Source of the DNA: Pristiophorus japonicus
Taxonomy: Eukaryota
NCBI RefSeq assembly: GCF_044704955.1
Contig: NC_091983.1
Span: 22,754,001-22,818,000 of the forward strand
Direction of reading: 5' to 3'
DNA: 64,000 nucleotides
Part shown: piece by piece, positions 58,490 through 64,000 of the stretch
Layout of the letters: every line of letters begins with the position of its first letter
Position numbering within the stretch: the stretch's first letter is position 1
The notes under the pieces: generated by a model
What the model saw: the letters and a program-made list of their open reading frames with translations, nothing else
The model's database searches: none
Told to the model about the DNA's origin: nothing
Made by a program: the position numbers and the translations under genes

Positions 58490-60635
58490 AGTTTAACAGA
58501 CTTTCAGCACCAATATGACATTTTAGAGACCGCATTGATGAACTACAACAATTGTACATCCCTGTCTGGCTAAAAATTAAAAAAAGGGAAGGTGGCTCAA
58601 CCGTGGCTATCAAAGGAAATCAGGGATAGTATTAAAGCCAAGGAAGTGGCATACAAATTGGCCAGGAATAGAAGCGAACCCGAGAGCTGGGAGAAATTTA
58701 GAACTCAGCAGAGGAGGACAAAGCGTTTGATTAGGGCAGGAAAAAGAGAGTACGAGAGGAAGCTTGCAGGGAACATTAAAATGGACTACAAAAGCTTCCA
58801 TAGATATGTAAAGAGAAAAAGGTTCGGAAAGACAAACGTAGGTCCCCTGCAGTCAGAATCAGGGGAAGTCATAACTGGGAACAAAGAAATGGCAGACCAA
58901 TTGAACAAGTACTTTGGTTCGGTATTCACTAAGGAGGACACAAATAACCTTCCTGATATAAAAGGGGTCAGAGGGTCTAGTAAGAAGGAGGAACTGAGGG
59001 AAGTCCTTATTAGTCGGGAAATTGTGTTGGGGAAATTGATGGGATTGAAAGCCGATAAATCCCCAGGGCCTGATGGACTGCATCCCAGAGTACTCAAGGA
59101 GGTGGTGGAATTAACGGATGCATTGACAGTCATTTTCCAACATTCCATAGATTCTGGATCAGTTCCTACGGAGTGGAGGGTAGCCAATGTAACCCCACTT
59201 TTTTAAAAAAGGAGGGAGAGAGAAAACAGGGAATTATAGACCGGTCAGCCTAACATCGGTAGTGGATAAAATGATGGAATCAATTATTAAGGATGTCATA
59301 GCAGCGCATTTGGAAAGAGGTGACATGATAGGTCCAAGCCAGCATGGATTTGTGAAAGGGAAATCATGCTTGACAAATCTTCTGGAATTTTTTTAGGATG
59401 TTTCCAGTAGAGTGGACAAGGGAGAACCAGTTGATGTGGTGTATTTGGACTTTCAGAAGGCTTTCGACAAGGTCCCACACAAGAGATTAATGTGCAAAGT
59501 TAAATCACATGGGACTGGGGCTAGTGTGCTGACGTGGATTGAGAACTGGTTGGCAGACAGAAAGCAAAGAGTAGGAGTAAATTGGTTCTTTTCAGAATGG
59601 CAGGCAGTGACTAGTGGGGTACCGCAAAGTTCTGTGCTGGGGCTCCAGCTGTTTACATTGTACATTAATGATTTAGACGAGGGGATTAAATGTAGTATCT
59701 CCAAATTTGTGGATGACACTAAGTTGGGTGGCAGTGTGAGCTGCGAGGAGGATGCTATGATGTTGCAGAGTGACTTGGATAGGTTAGGTGAGTGGGCAAA
59801 TGCATGGCAGATGAAGTATAATGTGGATAAATGTGACGTTATCCACTTTGGCTGTAAAAACAGAGACTGACTATTATCTGAATGGTGACAGATTAGGAAA
59901 AGGGGAGGTGCAACGAGACCTGGGTGTCATGGTACATCAGTCATTGAAGGTTGGCATGCAGGTACAGCAGGCGGTTAAGAAGGCAAATGGCATGTTGGCC
60001 TTCATAGTGAGGGGAGTTGAGTACAGGGGCAGGGATGTGTTACTACACCTTTACAGGGCTTGGTGAGACCACACCTGGAGTATTGTGTACAGTTTTGGTC
60101 TCCTAGCTTGAGGAAGGACATTCTTGCTATTGAGGGAGTGCAGCGAAGGTTCACCAGACTGATTGATTCCCGGGATGGTGGGACTGATATATCAAGAAAG
60201 ACTGGATCAACTGGGCTTGTATTCACTGGAGCTCAGAAGAATGAGAGGGGATCTCATAGAAACATTTAAAATTCTGACCGATTATACAGGTTAGATGCAG
60301 GAACAATGTTCCCAATGTTAGGCAAGACCAGAACCAGGGGTCACAGTCTAAGGATAAGGGGTAAGCCATTTAGGACCGAGATGAGAAGAAACTTCTTCAC
60401 CCAGAGAGTGGTGAACCTGTGGAATTCTCTACCACAGGAAGTTGTTGAAGCCAATTCACTAAATATATTTAAAAAGGAGTTAGATGTAGTCCTTACTACT
60501 AGGGGGATCAAGTGGTACAGCGAGAAACAGGAATGGGATACTGAAGTTGCATGTTCAGCCATGAACTCATTGAATGACGGTGCAGCCTCGAAGGGCCGAA
60601 TGGCCTACTCCTGCACCTATTTTCTATGTTTTTAT
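58490..60635 (+). mobile_element. CR1 LINE ORF2 (RT) and 3' end
   Basis: 'PWLSKEI', 'KSPGPDGLHPRVLKE', 'YLDFQKAFDKVPH', 'FVDDTKL'; same family as 3519-4592. Confidence 0.94.
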
Positions 60636-60993
60636 GAGTCCCCAACAAAGGATGATTGCAAGGAAATTCACATCTTGTTGGTGTTGTGGTGGTTTCCATT
60701 CAGCCTATTCATGCCGCTTCAAAGGGTATGTTTGCAAGAGCTGTGGAACAATGGGGCACCTCCAACGAGCTTGCAAATGTGCTGCAAGCTCTGCAAAACC
60801 TGCTAACCACCACGTGGCAGAGGAAGATCAGTCCATGGTGGATCAAAGCAATTGCGAGCCTCCGAGAGAGGAGGCAAATGCTGAACTACATGGGGTGCAC
60901 ACATTTGACGAAATGTCCACCTATAATGCTAAATTTTAAATTGAATGGCTTACCCATAGCCATGGAACGGGACACTGGCGCTCGCCAATCCAT
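60636..60993 (+). mobile_element. Gypsy gag zinc-knuckle/protease fragment
   Basis: 'SCWCCGGFHSAYSCRFKGYVCKSCGTMGHLQRAC', 'MERDTGARQSI'. Confidence 0.85.
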
Positions 60994-61317
60994 AACCCCT
61001 TATTTCCTTATCGTTTAAGAAACTGTCTATTTCTGTCTTAAATTTATTCAATGTCCCAGCTTTCACAGCTCTCTGGGGCAGCGAATTCCACAGAGTTGCA
61101 ACTCTCAGAAGAAATTTCTCCTCCTCTGTTTTAAATGGCCCCTTATTCTAAGATCATGCCCTCTAGTACTAGTCTCCCCCATCAGTGGAAACATCCTCTC
61201 TGCATCCACCTTGTCAAGTCCCCTCATAATCTTATACATTTCGATAAGATCAGCATTCATTCTTCTGAATTACAATGAGTAGAGGCCCAACCTACTCAAT
61301 CTTTCCTCATAAGTCAA
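60994..61317 (-). mobile_element. CR1 3' fragment
   Basis: Near copy of 10155-10475. Confidence 0.88.
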
Positions 61318-61594
61318 TACACCGGTCATACGTTCCCTCCGATGTAAATCTTTTCTCCTTGTACTGTGGATGGTTCAATTCTTCAGTTTACTCAGAAGAT
61401 CACTGTCAATTTCCACCGCTGCCTCAGTGTGTTCCCTATTAAATTAATGCCTGACTGCACCAGCCACTATATTTGTATGACAAACTGCAATTTGCAGGAA
61501 GCTTCGGCTTTAGAGATTCCATCAGCTTCTGCCGCCAACATGGAATAAACGGCGAGTCCGGCTACACCCAAGCCATTGCACCGCGTGGATTTTG

Positions 61595-61895
61595 AGCGTG
61601 AAGGGGACTGTTCTGTCGCATGAGACATTAAACCGAGGCCCCGTCTGGCCCCTCGGGTGGACGCTAAAATGATCCCAAAGCACTATTTCAAAAAGCAGTG
61701 TACTTCTCACCATTGTCCCACAAGGGTTATTCGTCATTTATCTCATTGGTTGTTTGTGGGCTCTTGCTGTGTGCCAATTGGCTGCCGTGTCTAACCTGCA
61801 TTACAACAGTGGCTACTGTTCAAAAGTATTTCATTCGTTGCAAATTGCCTTGGGACGCCCTCTCATTGTGAAAGTTGCTGTATCAAATTCAAATT
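61595..61895 (+). mobile_element. Deu-domain SINE fragment
   Basis: 'atgagacattaaaccgaggccccgtctggcccctcgggtggacg'. Confidence 0.75.
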
Positions 61896-62282
61896 CTATC
61901 AAGTCCTGAAATCGCAACATATAGATGAGCAATGCCATGTGGCCCACTTTTGCTGAACTGAACAGAGAAACAGCTATATTCCAAGCCTCTCCTGCCCCTT
62001 ACAGCATCCAACTCGCTGTTCAATCACCTACACTGCCAGGCAAGTTCTTCCAGGCAACGTCATCCTTGACCAGGATGAACCGGTGCGCCCTTGTCCACCA
62101 CCATTACACCTTTCTGTTAAGTAGTGCTTTGGATTCACACAAAACAAATAACGATCAAGTTATATTGCAGGAATTTGCTTGGTGGTCATCGGGCATCGTG
62201 GGATAATTTCTATTCTTTTCATTAACAGTTGGATGTAATGGGCGGGAGAGGCATGGACTGTAGGGGCTGGATTTTGGGCTTT

Positions 62283-62519
62283 TGCAATTTCATGGCATTA
62301 ATCGCAGCAGGGCGGTAAAGATACTGCCTGAAAATAGTTCGCTGCCCCAGAGAGCTGTGAAAGCTGGGACATTGAATAAATTTAAGACAGAAATAGACAG
62401 TTTCTTAAACGATAAGGAAATAAGGGGTTATGGGGAGCGGGCGGGGAAGTGGAGCCATGATCTCATTAAATGGTGGAGCCATATGGCCTACTCCTGCTCC
62501 TATTTCTTATGTTCTTATT
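62283..62519 (+). mobile_element. Harbinger-like left end (62283-62345) joined to a CR1 tail (62346-62519)
   Basis: 'ggggctggattttgg' TIR-like start; CR1 'RAVKAGTLNKFKTEIDSFL' and tail. Confidence 0.6.
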
Positions 62520-63431
62520 GTGTCGGAAAGCAAGACCTTTGCTTCTCTCTCTCAAAGCAGCATTACTGCAGAGGTGGAGAATGAACCTAAAAACCTTTTT
62601 GGGAAAACGGTGAAGCAATTGTTTTGTTTGAAACCCTTGCTTCCAGAATATATTAGCTGCATCCCAATGGATTAGGTGTGAAATAGCAGGACAGTTAGAA
62701 ACCTTGTGTCCCAATGTTATTGATACAAAGCGATGCACTGTGCTACTGCCATCAATTTACCTAAACAAACCTGTTACTGTGACTGTCAAATGACAGCTTG
62801 GTAAAAGATGGATGAAAACAGGTTGCAGTAACAGCTGTCGAAAATCACCAATGCTACTCTGCAAATTTGTCAGGGGAAATAAGTAAGAGTACGAGCCATC
62901 TAACGCTTTGTTACAACCTTGAAATTGCATCTCCTTCCCTGTTCAGAACTAAGAGGGGGGCGCACGCATTATTGAGTGGCGGTAAGTTGCTCTAAGCTGT
63001 TTTCCACGAGTACATGCTATCCCTTACCGTCCAGTGTTAACGATGCAAATTCCATTAAACCAAGCTGGGCTTTCCATTTGGTGTTAGTTTAATTGAGTTA
63101 GCATAGCTCTTTAATGTCGCTTGTTGCAGAATGACGAGGAATACGGAGTCCACCTACTCCTTGGAAAGTGAAGTCCTGATTTTCCCTACCTGGGTGGGTC
63201 CAGTCCCAATGGGGTCTGTGGGGGGGGCACGAGGCCATTGCTGCCTGCATCCAGCTTGCAAAATAAAGACTTTCCCATGATGGGATGTTAAACCCGCCCA
63301 GGGTGTTACCCAGCCCAAATGATAATGTGCAGGTCTGGTGACGTCAGCGCTGGAGCGTTTGGTGCCGGTATATTTAAAGGGGCCATGGCCACATTACATT
63401 TGAAGATTCATCCAGGAGTGTGGAAGCTAGT

Positions 63432-64000
63432 TATTGTGTTCCGAACACAGATGAGGCTGCACACAGGGAGGTTAAAGTAACAGTGACCTCAGTCTTTAAT
63501 AAGACACTCCAGAGTGAAGAACAGGCCTTAGAGGCTGGCTTATATACAATGCTCCCAAGGGATGTTGGGATCCCTTGGGACTTCAGGGGATGAGCTCCCT
63601 GGTGGCGGAACATGGGCGTGCATGCTTTACAGATGCACAACATCACTCCCCCGTCAAAGTCAAAGTGAAAACTATTTACAAGGTTAGTCGGTCGGGATCC
63701 TTTCTTTCCCTGGTGGACCTCCTTGTTACAAATGTCTGTTCTAGTGTGTTGGCTATGCCCTCGCTGGGCTTGCATGTTGTTGGCCCTGCAGGGCTGCTAG
63801 GTGAGCCTGGCCTTGCTAGGATTTTGGGCGTGATGGGTTTGATTTCCTGGTCCGGGGTGGTGTCGTTGATCCTTTGGGTGTGTGTTGTGGGTTTGAAAAA
63901 GGTGGTGTCTGCTGTGGGTTGTTCAGGGCAGTCTGTGAACTGCAGCCTCGTTTGGTCCAGGTGCTTTCTGCAAATTTGTCCATTGTCTAGTTTGACTACA
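63432..64000 (-). mobile_element. Gypsy element 3' LTR (63432-63642), PPT and integrase C-terminus; continues beyond the window
   Basis: PPT 'tcactccccc'; reverse frame 'RRSTRERKDPDRLTL*'. Confidence 0.88.

Noticed and set aside
62770-62800. Palindrome ctgtcaaatgacag as an enhancer
   Set aside because: Too short to distinguish from chance without conservation data

Overview
Repeat-dense vertebrate DNA, almost certainly from a cartilaginous fish (shark-type CR1 LINEs with (TTCTTATG)n or (TTTCTATG)n tails, Deu-domain tRNA SINEs, Mag-like Gypsy elements and Harbinger transposons). The taxon is inferred from repeat content. I found only one host coding exon: 46278-46382 (+), phase 1-1, encoding a calcium-binding EGF module, so the window looks like very large introns of an EYS/Crumbs/Notch-type gene. 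The rest is nested, decayed transposons: a Gypsy inside a Gypsy (11054-20044), several solo LTRs, at least seven Harbinger/PIF derivatives (HARBI1-type transposase plus a convergent spliced Myb/SANT gene), CR1, L2 and RTE LINEs, SINEs, and Penelope-type tails with hammerhead cores. Most interesting: (i) a CTCF-consensus motif at a fixed position about 50 bp upstream of the TATA box in LTRs of several different families; (ii) a LINE with a tRNA-like head joined directly to its endonuclease, plus a head+tail SINE derivative; (iii) a Harbinger Myb partner with a 15-residue (pentadecad) coiled-coil repeat; (iv) complementary transposase-only and Myb-only Harbinger derivatives; (v) hammerhead cores and a CpG-rich double hairpin. 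All calls were made by eye with no database searches. Boundaries of degenerate repeats are approximate.
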